From positions 6,473 to 70,472 of the forward strand of contig CALWKF010000006.1 of the NCBI GenBank assembly GCA_944381215.1: 64,000 nt of DNA. The letters run 5' to 3'. The notes below the pieces were generated by a model. The model searched no databases, was not told where the DNA came from, and saw only the letters and a list, made by a program, of their open reading frames with translations. This DNA is from an uncultured Clostridia bacterium (lineage in GTDB: Bacteria; Bacillota; Clostridia; Christensenellales; UBA1242). Both the position numbers and the translations under genes were made by a program. Positions 35,784 to 44,583 of the stretch are shown in pieces (the first letter of the stretch is position 1; the number at the start of each line of letters is the position of its first letter).

Positions 35784-36186
35784 GGGAGAGATCCTTCGTC
35801 TAGGGGCTAACGCGGGTCGACGCTCAGGATGACCCTAAATATATTTTGTGCGACTACACACCGCGCCAGCCCCAAGGTCCTTTTAAAGAGGCAGGAATGA
35901 GATCCTTCGTCTAGGGGCTAACGCGGGTCGACACTCAGGATGCCTTCCCGCTTGCGGGAAGTCTGGCGCGCAAGTGATTGGTATAATTAGAAATGAATGT
36001 TTTCGCGCCAGCCCAGTGTCCTTTTAAAGAGGCAGGAATGAGATCCTTCGTCAAAAAGCTCTGAGGGTCGACACTCAGGATGACCCTAAATATATTTTGT
36101 GCGACTACACACCGCGCCGTCCTTTTAAAGAGGCAGGAATGAGATTCTTCGTCTGAAGGCTTCGCAGGCGGGCTCAGAATGACCAA
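35784..36186 (+). repeat. mosaic repeat locus D (DR-Y-DR-X-DR-Y-DR, ~400 bp)
   Basis: Four DR units alternate with two Y modules (CTAAATATATTTTGTGCGACTACACACCGCGCC...) and one X module. Both Y copies are near-identical. Confidence 0.9.
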
Positions 36187-36207
36187 GTGAGAATAGCATT
36201 AGGCAAT

Positions 36208-36231
36208 AAAAAAACACCGCGTGTGCGATGC
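36208..36231 (-). terminator. rho-independent terminator of the rplU-prp-rpmA operon
   Basis: Minus strand: GCATCGC-acac-GCGGTGT followed by TTTTTTATT. Confidence 0.6.
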
Positions 36232-36289
36232 TTTTTAAATTATTTAATAATTAAAATTTAAATACCATTTAGTTATTAAAATTAAAATA

Positions 36290-36565
36290 CTATTTAGTTA
36301 CGATTGAAACAACTTTCTTGTTCTGCTTTGAACGAGAATATTTTACTGTACCCTCGGTGAGAGCAAACAAAGTGTAATCTCTACCGCAACCAACATTAGC
36401 CCCTGCGTGAACCTGGGTACCGCGCTGACGAACCAAAATCTCGCCAGCCTTTACGGTCGCGCCGTCGCTACGCTTTACACCCAAGCGTTTTGACTCGCTA
36501 TCACGGCCGTTTTTACTGCTACCTTGTCCTTTCTTGTGGGCGAATAATTGAATATTAATAAACAT
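36290..36565 (-). CDS. rpmA: 50S ribosomal protein L27 (with cleavable N-terminal extension)
   Basis: [31 protein letters not shown]: the Firmicute L27 pro-sequence ending in F, followed by AHKK. I moved the start to the ATG at 36565. Confidence 0.93.
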   Translation of the reverse strand: MFINIQLFAHKKGQGSSKNGRDSESKRLGVKRSDGATVKAGEILVRQRGTQVHAGANVGCGRDYTLFALTEGTVKYSRSKQNKKVVSIVTK

Positions 36566-36893
36566 TGTTGACCTCCAATTCAATAAAATCGCTGTACTCG
36601 CTGTATAAATCACTAATTCCACACATCATGGTGGCGAAAATCACTTGCACATCGTGCATAACTTCCTCCGATAAATCTAGCGGTACGATAATTTCCAAGT
36701 AAGCGGTCTTGTCATCCCTAATAATTTCGACGCCAGCACACGCGACGGTTAACATTCCAAGGGCTGCTGTTTGCACAATACTAGATAGCGCACTGCAAAC
36801 GATATCCTCCCCCTCGACTCCGTAACCTGTGTGTCCCTCGCAAACTATGCGGGTATATAGGTCGCCTTTTTTGAAAACTTGTATATGTGTCAT
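36555..36893 (-). CDS. prp: ribosomal-processing cysteine protease Prp
   Basis: 112-aa ORF between rplU and rpmA, with the GHTGY...DIVCSALS motif (His/Cys dyad). Confidence 0.85.
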   Translation of the reverse strand: MTHIQVFKKGDLYTRIVCEGHTGYGVEGEDIVCSALSSIVQTAALGMLTVACAGVEIIRDDKTAYLEIIVPLDLSEEVMHDVQVIFATMMCGISDLYSEYSDFIELEVNNVY

Positions 36894-36910
36894 AATTAAA
36901 CCTCGTAGGT

Positions 36911-37219
36911 TTATTTCTTTATAGCGTTGATTTTAATCTTGCTATATGGTTGACGGTGTCCCTGAGCACGGTGGTGGCCATTCATTTTCTTATAAATAGC
37001 GAGTTGCACCTTCTTGCCCTTACCGTGTTCTAGAACGGTAGCAGTAACACTTGCGCCAGCGACTGTTGGAGTGCCGATAACACTACCCTTCTCGTCGCCA
37101 ATCATCAAGGGCTCAAATGTAACCTGTGCGTTTACGTCGGCGTTAAGGCGTTCTACAAAAAGTTCGTCGCCCTCTTGCACCTTGTACTGCTTGCCACCTG
37201 TTTTGATAATAGCGTACAT
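36911..37219 (-). CDS. rplU: 50S ribosomal protein L21
   Basis: MYAIIKTGGKQYKVQEGDELFVERL is the canonical L21 N-terminus. Confidence 0.95.
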   Translation of the reverse strand: MYAIIKTGGKQYKVQEGDELFVERLNADVNAQVTFEPLMIGDEKGSVIGTPTVAGASVTATVLEHGKGKKVQLAIYKKMNGHHRAQGHRQPYSKIKINAIKK

Positions 37220-37673
37220 AATTTTCCCTCCTCATTCCAATCTCGCTAGGTTTAGGCGCGCCAGTCCATTTTATTTATTCCGTCAGCCTTTAATAAAATT
37301 TTTAATTAGACTAACAATAAAACATCAATTAGACTAAAATAATAAAATTTCGTATTATTAAAGGGCATTAAAAATATTTAAAGTGCCTCATTTTAACTTA
37401 AAAACTTGGCAAAAATGCCACAATTTTATTTTTTAGTCTTGACTAGCGACTTAAATTAAAAGCCCGACCTATGCGGATACGGGTTTTATTTTATCATAAA
37501 TAACAGGTTATGTCAATATTTTAAATTAGATTAGTTTCACTATTTTAAATTAGTCCTCGCATGCATAGAGCACATTTATGCAAAATTTAACATAAAGCCA
37601 TGCATGAAATTGTTTGCGTTTTTTATCAAATCTTGGTATAATTAATTGTTTATTAGAAATTTGAGGTAAAAAA

Positions 37674-38948
37674 ATGTTAAAAATTGTACCTGTAAATAAT
37701 AAAAAACTTTTGAGAAAATTCGTGTCTTTCCCATTGGAGTTATACAAAAACTGCCCTTACTTTGTGCCACCGCTGTATGATGACGAATTGAAAGCCCTCG
37801 ACCCTAAAAAGAGCGTGCACATAGGCCCTGACGCTATGGCGCAATGCTTTTTGTGTTATCAAGACGATAAAATCGTAGGCAGAATTTGCGGAATAATTAG
37901 CAATCTTTATAATGAGAAAAACAACGCCCACCGCGTGCGCATTAGCCGTTTTGACTGCATAAACGACGTCGAGGTTGCGCGTGCACTGTTTGGTGCGGTC
38001 GAAAAGTGGGGGCTCGGCCACGGCATGACGACGATTCACGGGCCGTTAGGCTTTAACGACCTCGAGCGCGAGGGGTTACTAATTGAGGGCTTTGACAAAA
38101 ACCCGACCTTTGAATCCAACTACAACTTCCCCTACTACCAAGAGTTGTTTGAAAAACTGGGGTACACAAAAGAGGTCGACTGGATTGAATTTCAAATACC
38201 TATGCCAGACGAAATTGACGAGCGCAACACGCGCATCTCAAAAATTGTGAGCAAGCGACTAAAAATTCACGAAGTTGAGGTTAAGAGTGTAGGCTGGCTA
38301 GTCGACAACTATGCAAACAAGATTTTCGACCTTCTCGACGAGGCATATGGCATACTATACAGCACTGTGCCGATTACCCCGAAGGTTAGAAAGAGCCTGA
38401 TTCCGCAGTTTAAACTCGTACTAAACAAGAATTTAATCAGCGTGCTAGTCGACGAAAACGACAAAATTGTGGCATTTGGGCTGGTGTTCCCTAGCATTGC
38501 CGAGGGCGTGCAGAAAGCGAAAGGTAGACTATTCCCCTTTGGCTGGATACCTGTGTTAAAATCGATTAAAAAATTTGATGTGGTAGACTTTGCGCTGATT
38601 GCTGTGCACCCAGATTACCAGGACAAGGGTGTAACCTCTATAATTTTCCATAATATGCTAGAACGCCTAATGAAACTAAATGTAAAAATGGCGGAAACCA
38701 ACCTGCAACTCGAGGAAAACGAAAAGGTTCAGCAGTTATTCAAGCAATACAACCCGCACCTTGCGCGCCGTAGAAGGTGCTATGCAAAGAGTTTAATTGG
38801 CAGAGAGTTAAAATTAGACAAGCCGATAAACAAAAACGCGAAAAAGTTAAAAAAGACCGTGGCACCCGCTAAAAAGTCGCACAGGCTGTCAGTTAGACAC
38901 CGCGCGAAAGTACAAAAGAAACTAAACCAGCCACTAACCACAGAATAA
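37674..38948 (+). CDS. GNAT-family N-acetyltransferase-like protein with basic C-terminal tail
   Basis: 424-aa ORF. Its N-terminal pattern (KIVPVNNKKLLRKFVSFPLELYKNCPYFVPPLYDDE) and the acetyl-CoA-pocket-like VHPDYQDKGVTS are recognised from large GNAT proteins. The last ~60 aa are Lys/Arg-rich. Confidence 0.6.
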   Translation: MLKIVPVNNKKLLRKFVSFPLELYKNCPYFVPPLYDDELKALDPKKSVHIGPDAMAQCFLCYQDDKIVGRICGIISNLYNEKNNAHRVRISRFDCINDVEVARALFGAVEKWGLGHGMTTIHGPLGFNDLEREGLLIEGFDKNPTFESNYNFPYYQELFEKLGYTKEVDWIEFQIPMPDEIDERNTRISKIVSKRLKIHEVEVKSVGWLVDNYANKIFDLLDEAYGILYSTVPITPKVRKSLIPQFKLVLNKNLISVLVDENDKIVAFGLVFPSIAEGVQKAKGRLFPFGWIPVLKSIKKFDVVDFALIAVHPDYQDKGVTSIIFHNMLERLMKLNVKMAETNLQLEENEKVQQLFKQYNPHLARRRRCYAKSLIGRELKLDKPINKNAKKLKKTVAPAKKSHRLSVRHRAKVQKKLNQPLTTE

Positions 38949-38950
38949 AC

Positions 38951-38984
38951 AAAAAACATCTCTAGACTCCTAGGGATGTTTTTA
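38951..38984 (+). terminator. rho-independent terminator of the GNAT gene
   Basis: ACATCTC-10 nt-GGGATGT (one G:U pair) followed by TTTTT. Confidence 0.65.
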
Positions 38985-38992
38985 TATATTAA

Positions 38993-39069
38993 TAGTCAAA
39001 TATAGTATTATATGGTAGTCAATTTTAGCAATGTACACATTTTAGTCAAATATGGTATTATATGGTAGT
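38993..39069 (+). repeat. 27-bp direct repeat, two copies 50 bp apart (1 mismatch)
   Basis: TAGTCAAATATAGTATTATATGGTAGT at 38993 and TAGTCAAATATGGTATTATATGGTAGT at 39043. Confidence 0.9.
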
Positions 39070-39157
39070 TTATTTTATCGTTTTGCGAAGTCTTCTATAA
39101 TGAAAGGCTGAATATTTTTAGTTTAGTATAATACTTTAAAAATTGTTTTATGAATAG

Positions 39158-39388
39158 TTACATGACGGTGGCGAAGAAGATAAGCACGCCAAAACAGATT
39201 ATGGAAAGCACGAAAAAGCCCCATTTCATAGGCTTTGCCATGTGGTTCTTCCCCTTGTTTATGGAGAGGGCTAAAAAGAAGAAAGTAAGTAGCAGTAGCC
39301 CTAAAACTATAAAGCCACGTAATGTTCCGTCCATTGTCCTGATACCATTTATCAAGGAACTCCAAATATCACCTAAAAGTGCAATCAT
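39158..39388 (-). CDS. small membrane protein (76 aa), translationally coupled to gpmI
   Basis: Its ATG overlaps the gpmI TGA (ATGA at 39385..39388). It has two predicted TM helices (GFIVLGLLLLTFFFLAL and WGFFVLSIICFGVLIFFA). The competing ORFs at this site lack such features. Confidence 0.5.
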   Translation of the reverse strand: MIALLGDIWSSLINGIRTMDGTLRGFIVLGLLLLTFFFLALSINKGKNHMAKPMKWGFFVLSIICFGVLIFFATVM

Positions 39389-40914
39389 TTCTTATCCCCC
39401 GCGATTATACTTTTCCCTGTCATCTCGGCAGGCTGGTAAATGTCAAGCAATTGTAACACAGTCGGGGCAAAGCAGTCAAGTGCGAATTTGCCTTTGCCAA
39501 ACCGCCTCGTCTTATCTGTAAGAATCAAGGGGACTGGGTTTAGGGTGTGGGTCGTGCTCCTGCCGTTCGAGGTGCGCATGTCCTCAATGTTTCCGTGGTC
39601 GGCGGTAATTAGGCAGTAATACCCCGCTTCCATTGCCGCGAGCACTGTTTTCTCTAGTGCCTTGTCCAAGGCCTCGAGCGCAAGCACTGCTGCATCGAAG
39701 TTCCCAGTGTGCCCCACCATATCGCCGTTACTGAAATTGATTAGGACGAAGTCATAAGTCTTTTTTGCGATTTCTTCGGCGGCGATGTTCGCAATCTCGG
39801 GTGCGCGCATTACGGGAAAGTCAGCGAAATTGTCGACGAACTTGCTCTCGACCAAAATGCGTTTTTCGCCCTTGTAGGCCTTTTCAACCCCGCCGTTAAA
39901 GTAGTATGTAACGTGCGCGTACTTTGTGGTTTCGGCGAGTTTGAGTTGCTTGTACCCTAGTCTAGATAGCCTCTCCGAAAGCGTATTTTTTGGAATCTCG
40001 GGGCCGAAGATACAAGGTAGATTTTGCTGGCGCTCGTCGTACCTACACATACTGGTAACGCGAATTTTCGGCATATTTTTCCTATTGAAGCACACGAAGT
40101 CGCGACTGGCAAAGGCGGAGCAAATTTGGCGCATACGGTCGGGGCGGAAATTGAAGAAGAAAATCTCGTCTCCATTTTTTAGGCCGTCATACGAGCCAAT
40201 GACAAAGGGAGGCATAAACTCGTCGCTAATTTTACGACTGTATGTCTTTTGAAAAGCGTCGTAAATTCCGTTTGTGCGCGTACCCGTGCCGTAAGTAATT
40301 AAATCAAATGCGACTTGGGTTCGGTTCCACCGCTCTTCCCTGTCCATGGCGTAAAATCTACCGACAATTGTGGCGATTTTACCGACGCCGAGTTTACCTA
40401 GTTCGACCTCAATTTCCTCGACAAAGTGCTGGCCACTATCGGGCTTGGTATCCCGACCGTCTGTAAAGCAGTGGACGCAAATGTTTTTTACCCCCGCGCG
40501 AACGGCGAGATTGAGTAGATATTTTAGATGCGCGATACTGCTGTGCACTCCGCCGTCGCTAACAAGCCCTGCAAAATGCAAAGTCGTGCCCTTTGTTACT
40601 ACGCGCTCAAACATCTGATCTAAGGTCGAATTTAGGCTCAAGGACTTGTCCTTAATCGCGTTATTTATACGCATAAAGTCTTGGTAAACGACACGACCAG
40701 CACCTAGGTTTATGTGGCCTACTTCAGAGTTACCCATTTGCCCGCTGGGTAGCCCTACCGCCTCCTCACTGGCACTGATAAACGCGTGCGGAAATTCGCT
40801 AAGCAACCTATTATAAAAGGGCATTTTAGCGACTTTCATAGGGTTGCCCTCCGCCTCCTCGCGATATCCTACGCCATCTAGAATAATACCTACTACTCCT
40901 ATTTTGGCCTTCAT
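39385..40914 (-). CDS. gpmI: 2,3-bisphosphoglycerate-independent phosphoglycerate mutase
   Basis: Full-length iPGM similarity (GNSEVGHINLGAGR, ADHGN). Confidence 0.93.
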   Translation of the reverse strand: MKAKIGVVGIILDGVGYREEAEGNPMKVAKMPFYNRLLSEFPHAFISASEEAVGLPSGQMGNSEVGHINLGAGRVVYQDFMRINNAIKDKSLSLNSTLDQMFERVVTKGTTLHFAGLVSDGGVHSSIAHLKYLLNLAVRAGVKNICVHCFTDGRDTKPDSGQHFVEEIEVELGKLGVGKIATIVGRFYAMDREERWNRTQVAFDLITYGTGTRTNGIYDAFQKTYSRKISDEFMPPFVIGSYDGLKNGDEIFFFNFRPDRMRQICSAFASRDFVCFNRKNMPKIRVTSMCRYDERQQNLPCIFGPEIPKNTLSERLSRLGYKQLKLAETTKYAHVTYYFNGGVEKAYKGEKRILVESKFVDNFADFPVMRAPEIANIAAEEIAKKTYDFVLINFSNGDMVGHTGNFDAAVLALEALDKALEKTVLAAMEAGYYCLITADHGNIEDMRTSNGRSTTHTLNPVPLILTDKTRRFGKGKFALDCFAPTVLQLLDIYQPAEMTGKSIIAGDKK

Positions 40915-40924
40915 TTATTTCCTC

Positions 40925-41656
40925 CTAAAATAAACTCGAAGCAATCTGCATAAACTTGTCCGCGTCAAGACTAGCACCACCGATTAGTGCGCCGTCCACC
41001 TGTGCGTTACGCAAAATTGCGTTACTGTTGCTGGGGTTTACGCTCCCTCCGTAAAGTATCGGGGTGTCGTTGTGCCCGAGAAGTTTTCTAATTTCCCCGC
41101 GGATAAAACCTACGGTTTCGCGAATCGTCTCAACACTCGCACTTTTTCCCGTGCCTATTGCCCAGACAGGCTCGTAGGCCACAATTATACTTTTTGTCTT
41201 GTCTATACCTTCAAATGCCTTTGTAATTTGAGAAAGTAGCACCTCTTTCGTGCTCCCCGCCTCGTACTGTGCCTCGGTCTCCCCGATACACAAAAGTGGC
41301 ATGACGTCATACTCCTGCAACTTCTTAATCTTTGCATTTACCTGCTCATCGGTTTCGTTAAATAGGGAACGCCTTTCGCTGTGCCCGACTATGCAAAAAT
41401 CTAGCCCGACGTCGCCTAGCATTGATGCAGAAATCTCGCCCGTAAACGCGCCGTTATCGTGCTCGGACACATTTTGCGCACCAATCCACACGTGGTCTTG
41501 AATCTTTGCCATGCCTAAAATGTAGACATACGGCACGGCGAGGCCAAATTGCACATTGCTGTTTTTGGGAATTTTATACTTCTTAACTCCGCGCGTAAAG
41601 GCTACAATCTCGCCCGCGGACATGTTCATTTTCCAATTTCCTATGATGTACTTCAT
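40925..41656 (-). CDS. tpiA: triose-phosphate isomerase
   Basis: IGNWKMN, GHSERR and AYEPVWAIGTG motifs. Confidence 0.93.
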   Translation of the reverse strand: MKYIIGNWKMNMSAGEIVAFTRGVKKYKIPKNSNVQFGLAVPYVYILGMAKIQDHVWIGAQNVSEHDNGAFTGEISASMLGDVGLDFCIVGHSERRSLFNETDEQVNAKIKKLQEYDVMPLLCIGETEAQYEAGSTKEVLLSQITKAFEGIDKTKSIIVAYEPVWAIGTGKSASVETIRETVGFIRGEIRKLLGHNDTPILYGGSVNPSNSNAILRNAQVDGALIGGASLDADKFMQIASSLF

Positions 41657-41665
41657 AATTACTCC

Positions 41666-42856
41666 TTATAATTTCTCGCTGATTGCTTGCAGTCCTGGTA
41701 GAGGCACGCCCTCGATGAGTTTGAGTGCTGCCCCGCCCCCAGTGGACACGTGGTTAATCTTGTCTTGCAGATTTAACTGCTCGATAGACTTCGCACTGTC
41801 TCCACCGCCGACAATTGTGAATGCCTTGGAATTTGCGATTGCCTCGGCCACCTCGTTTGTACCCTTTGCAAACTTTTGGAACTCACTAACGCCTAGCGGA
41901 CCATTCCAAAAAATTGTCTTTGCACGGCTGATGTAGTGCTCGAAGAGTTTAATGGTCTTTGGACCGATGTCCATTCCAATACCTGTGCGCGGGAATTTTT
42001 TAGTGGACACGGTAACTGATTCCGCCGAGAAATTAAACTCGCCAGTTACTACGTGGTCAACGGGCAGAACAAACTTTACGTTTTGCTTTTCAGCCTTTTC
42101 AATAAGGAGTCTAGCTAGTTGCAACTTGTCCTTTTCGACAATCGATTTGCCCACATTATTCCCTTGTGCGCGCAAGAAGGTATACGCCATTGCACCGCCG
42201 ACCATTACGACGTCAGCGACCTCGATTAATCTACTAATAAGGCCGATTTTATCCTTTACCTTAGCCCCGCCCACGATTACGACAAAGGGACGCTTCGGGT
42301 TCTCTAAGGCCGAGCCTAGAACCTCCAACTCCTTTTCGACAAGTAGTCCAGCGCACGAAGGCAGAAATTCCGCGACTTTGGTAGTTGAAGCGTGCGCGCG
42401 GTGCATGGTACCGAAGGCGTCGTTACAATAAATGTCGGCAAGAGAGGCAAGTTTTTTTGCGAACTCGGTGTCGTTTTCCTCTTCGCCTGGGTCAAAACGC
42501 ACATTTTCCATCATCACGATGTCGCCGTCCTTCATGGCGCGGACATACTTAAACGTTTCAGGCCCTGCTACGTCGTCGGTCAAAATTACGGGGCGTTTTA
42601 GCAGTTCGCGGAGGCGTTCAGCGACGGGTTTGAGTGAAAACTCTGGTTTAACCTTGCCCTCGGGCCTACCTAGGTGGCTGACGATAATAATTTTCGCGCC
42701 GTGCTCAACTAGATAGTTGATTGTGGGCAAGGTTTCACGAATACGCTTGTCATTCGTAATTTGAAGATTTGAATTTAGAGGCACATTGAAGTCTACACGC
42801 AGTAGCACCTTTTTTCCCTTTAAATCAAAATCGCGCAAAGTTTGTTTGTTAAACAT
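41666..42856 (-). CDS. pgk: phosphoglycerate kinase
   Basis: RVDFNVP, SHLGRP and GGGDS motifs. Confidence 0.95.
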   Translation of the reverse strand: MFNKQTLRDFDLKGKKVLLRVDFNVPLNSNLQITNDKRIRETLPTINYLVEHGAKIIIVSHLGRPEGKVKPEFSLKPVAERLRELLKRPVILTDDVAGPETFKYVRAMKDGDIVMMENVRFDPGEEENDTEFAKKLASLADIYCNDAFGTMHRAHASTTKVAEFLPSCAGLLVEKELEVLGSALENPKRPFVVIVGGAKVKDKIGLISRLIEVADVVMVGGAMAYTFLRAQGNNVGKSIVEKDKLQLARLLIEKAEKQNVKFVLPVDHVVTGEFNFSAESVTVSTKKFPRTGIGMDIGPKTIKLFEHYISRAKTIFWNGPLGVSEFQKFAKGTNEVAEAIANSKAFTIVGGGDSAKSIEQLNLQDKINHVSTGGGAALKLIEGVPLPGLQAISEKL

Positions 42857-42869
42857 AATTTATCTCCTT

Positions 42870-44495
42870 TTATATAATTCCAAGTTTTACTGAAATATTC
42901 GCCAGGTCCGCGTTGATATCCTCTAGAATATTAATCAGTGCAAAGTAGGTGTCGCTACCGCGAGGATAGTGTCCAGTCTTGCGGTACTCCGAGAAAGTGG
43001 ACTTTTTATTCTTTTGGCAAAGCGAGAAAACTCTTTTGTTGCACTCCAGCGCGGACTTTAGTTGCTTGTTATCGATATTTTGGCCATTTAGTAGCGATTC
43101 TATGAGGACAATGTCCTGCTGATAAAATGCGCCCATTTCATCGAAGATTTTTGTAACGCTTCGGCTCTGCTGGTCGCCTAGCACCTTGTTTTTCTTCACG
43201 ATGTCAGTGCCGATTGAATAAAGTTTACTCGAACGGTCAGCAAGGTACGAAATGTCGTTTAAAATGTTGAGTAAATTGTTGATTTTAGGCAGTTCGCTCT
43301 CGCCCACTTTACTAGACATTCGAATGGTCGTGTTCGAGGTAATCTTAATCACTTTTTCAAAGCCCTTTAATTTACCAGACAGCCCGCGAATGTCCTTTTT
43401 CTCGGTTATGCGAGTGAGCAGTTGCAGGTTTAAATCGCGGTTGATTTCGAGGAGCCTGCGGGTAGATTTTAGTAGCGACGGGAACCCTACACTAAACACG
43501 TTTACTACGTTGTCTGGAAGTATAAACTCGCTGTAATTATCCTCGGCTGATTTCTTTGCGCGCACGATTTTGTCCATAAGGCTAGATAGGGGCTTTGAAA
43601 ACGGCAGGAGAATTAGACTGGGGATAGTCATTTGCACCATGTGAACAATAATTAGTGTAAGAATTGCGTTCTCCCCTAGGCCGTCATAGAGCCACGTAAT
43701 TACTGGCGAGAAATAGAGCGGGAAAAAGATAACAAATGAAAACACTCTAAATAATACATGGAATGTAACCACGCGTTTTGCCTCGACCGACTGGCCAGCG
43801 ACTGTGTAAATGTAGTCCGACAGCCCCGAACCTACGGCGATTGCGAGCATGCCTAAAAATGCCGATTCGATACTAATGGGGCCCACGAGGGCGCCAAGGA
43901 CCGTGAGGCTCGCGAACGTGCTGGTGGTAAGTAAACTAATTAAAAAGCCGATTAAGATAACCACCAACGGATGCCCGATTGCGCTCAGGAAATTGTACAC
44001 CGATTCAATCTGGAAAATTTCGGTCGAATATGTGCCAACTAACTCGATACCCAAAAACAGCATACCAAAGCCGATTAGTGCCTCGGCGACCTTTTGGCCT
44101 CGACTCGTGCGGATAAAGAGTGCGCAAAATGCCCCGATTATACAGAAAAGTGTTAAAAATAGCGTGAGGTCAAAGCCCTGGAACATCATGAGAATCATAG
44201 ATAGCGCGCTACCAAAACTGATACCCAAGATAAAGGCGATACTCTGCCTCTGGCTAATGGTGCCGACGTCGACAAAACCCATTATCATACCACAAACTAA
44301 GGTTACCTTTTGCGTTAAAAATGTGAGTCCACCGCCGACTAGATAGCTCCTTATTGGGCTAGTAGCGATACTTGAAAAGTTTTTACCAAAGCGCGAGCCG
44401 AGTGTGGTCTCTAAGGCTCTGCTGAAAATAGACATACCGTATAGCAGTATGCCGAGACCAGCAAGAGTCAAAACCACCAAAGAAACTACACTCAT
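42870..44495 (-). CDS. Na/Pi-cotransporter family protein (with PhoU-like C-terminal domain)
   Basis: 541-aa ORF. The N-terminal ~300 aa are polytopic membrane sequence with the two Na_Pi_cotrans-like halves, and the C-terminal half is a soluble helical region. Confidence 0.75.
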   Translation of the reverse strand: MSVVSLVVLTLAGLGILLYGMSIFSRALETTLGSRFGKNFSSIATSPIRSYLVGGGLTFLTQKVTLVCGMIMGFVDVGTISQRQSIAFILGISFGSALSMILMMFQGFDLTLFLTLFCIIGAFCALFIRTSRGQKVAEALIGFGMLFLGIELVGTYSTEIFQIESVYNFLSAIGHPLVVILIGFLISLLTTSTFASLTVLGALVGPISIESAFLGMLAIAVGSGLSDYIYTVAGQSVEAKRVVTFHVLFRVFSFVIFFPLYFSPVITWLYDGLGENAILTLIIVHMVQMTIPSLILLPFSKPLSSLMDKIVRAKKSAEDNYSEFILPDNVVNVFSVGFPSLLKSTRRLLEINRDLNLQLLTRITEKKDIRGLSGKLKGFEKVIKITSNTTIRMSSKVGESELPKINNLLNILNDISYLADRSSKLYSIGTDIVKKNKVLGDQQSRSVTKIFDEMGAFYQQDIVLIESLLNGQNIDNKQLKSALECNKRVFSLCQKNKKSTFSEYRKTGHYPRGSDTYFALINILEDINADLANISVKLGII

Positions 44496-44540
44496 AGGGC
44501 TTCCCTTTTAATAAAATGTATGTTCTACTTATATGATACT

Positions 44541-44580
44541 AAAAAATCGCCTTAAAAGCAAACAAATTAAGGCGATTTTT
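44541..44580 (-). terminator. rho-independent terminator downstream of dusB
   Basis: ATCGCCTTA-13 nt-TAAGGCGAT, followed by TTTTTT on the minus strand. Confidence 0.7.
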
Positions 44581-44583
44581 CGA

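Noticed and set aside
35935-36186. ORF-track peptides inside the mosaic repeats (11594..11833, 25584..25766, 35935..36186), which share strings such as HPEPRP.KPLDE.SH and VILS.DPQ
   Set aside because: Their similarity is simply the translated DNA repeat. They have no RBS, their frames break between copies and they are not conserved as proteins. I treat them as non-coding repeats.
35784-36186. Is locus D a CRISPR array (direct repeats with spacers)?
   Set aside because: The apparent spacers are themselves repeated: Y occurs twice here, and X occurs at three loci. The repeats are ~50 bp and imperfect, and there are no cas genes or leader. It is not CRISPR.
37220-37300. An L21-leader RNA upstream of rplU
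   Set aside because: It is plausible by position, since Firmicute rplU operons often have one. I could not verify the conserved helices by eye, so I do not report it as a feature. cmscan would settle it.
39123-39521. Alternative ORFs 39123..39365 (minus) and 39150..39521 (plus) overlapping the small membrane ORF
   Set aside because: The 39158..39388 frame has the ATGA coupling to gpmI and two clean TM helices. The alternatives have neither an RBS nor coherent hydrophobicity. The plus-strand ORF runs antisense into gpmI.
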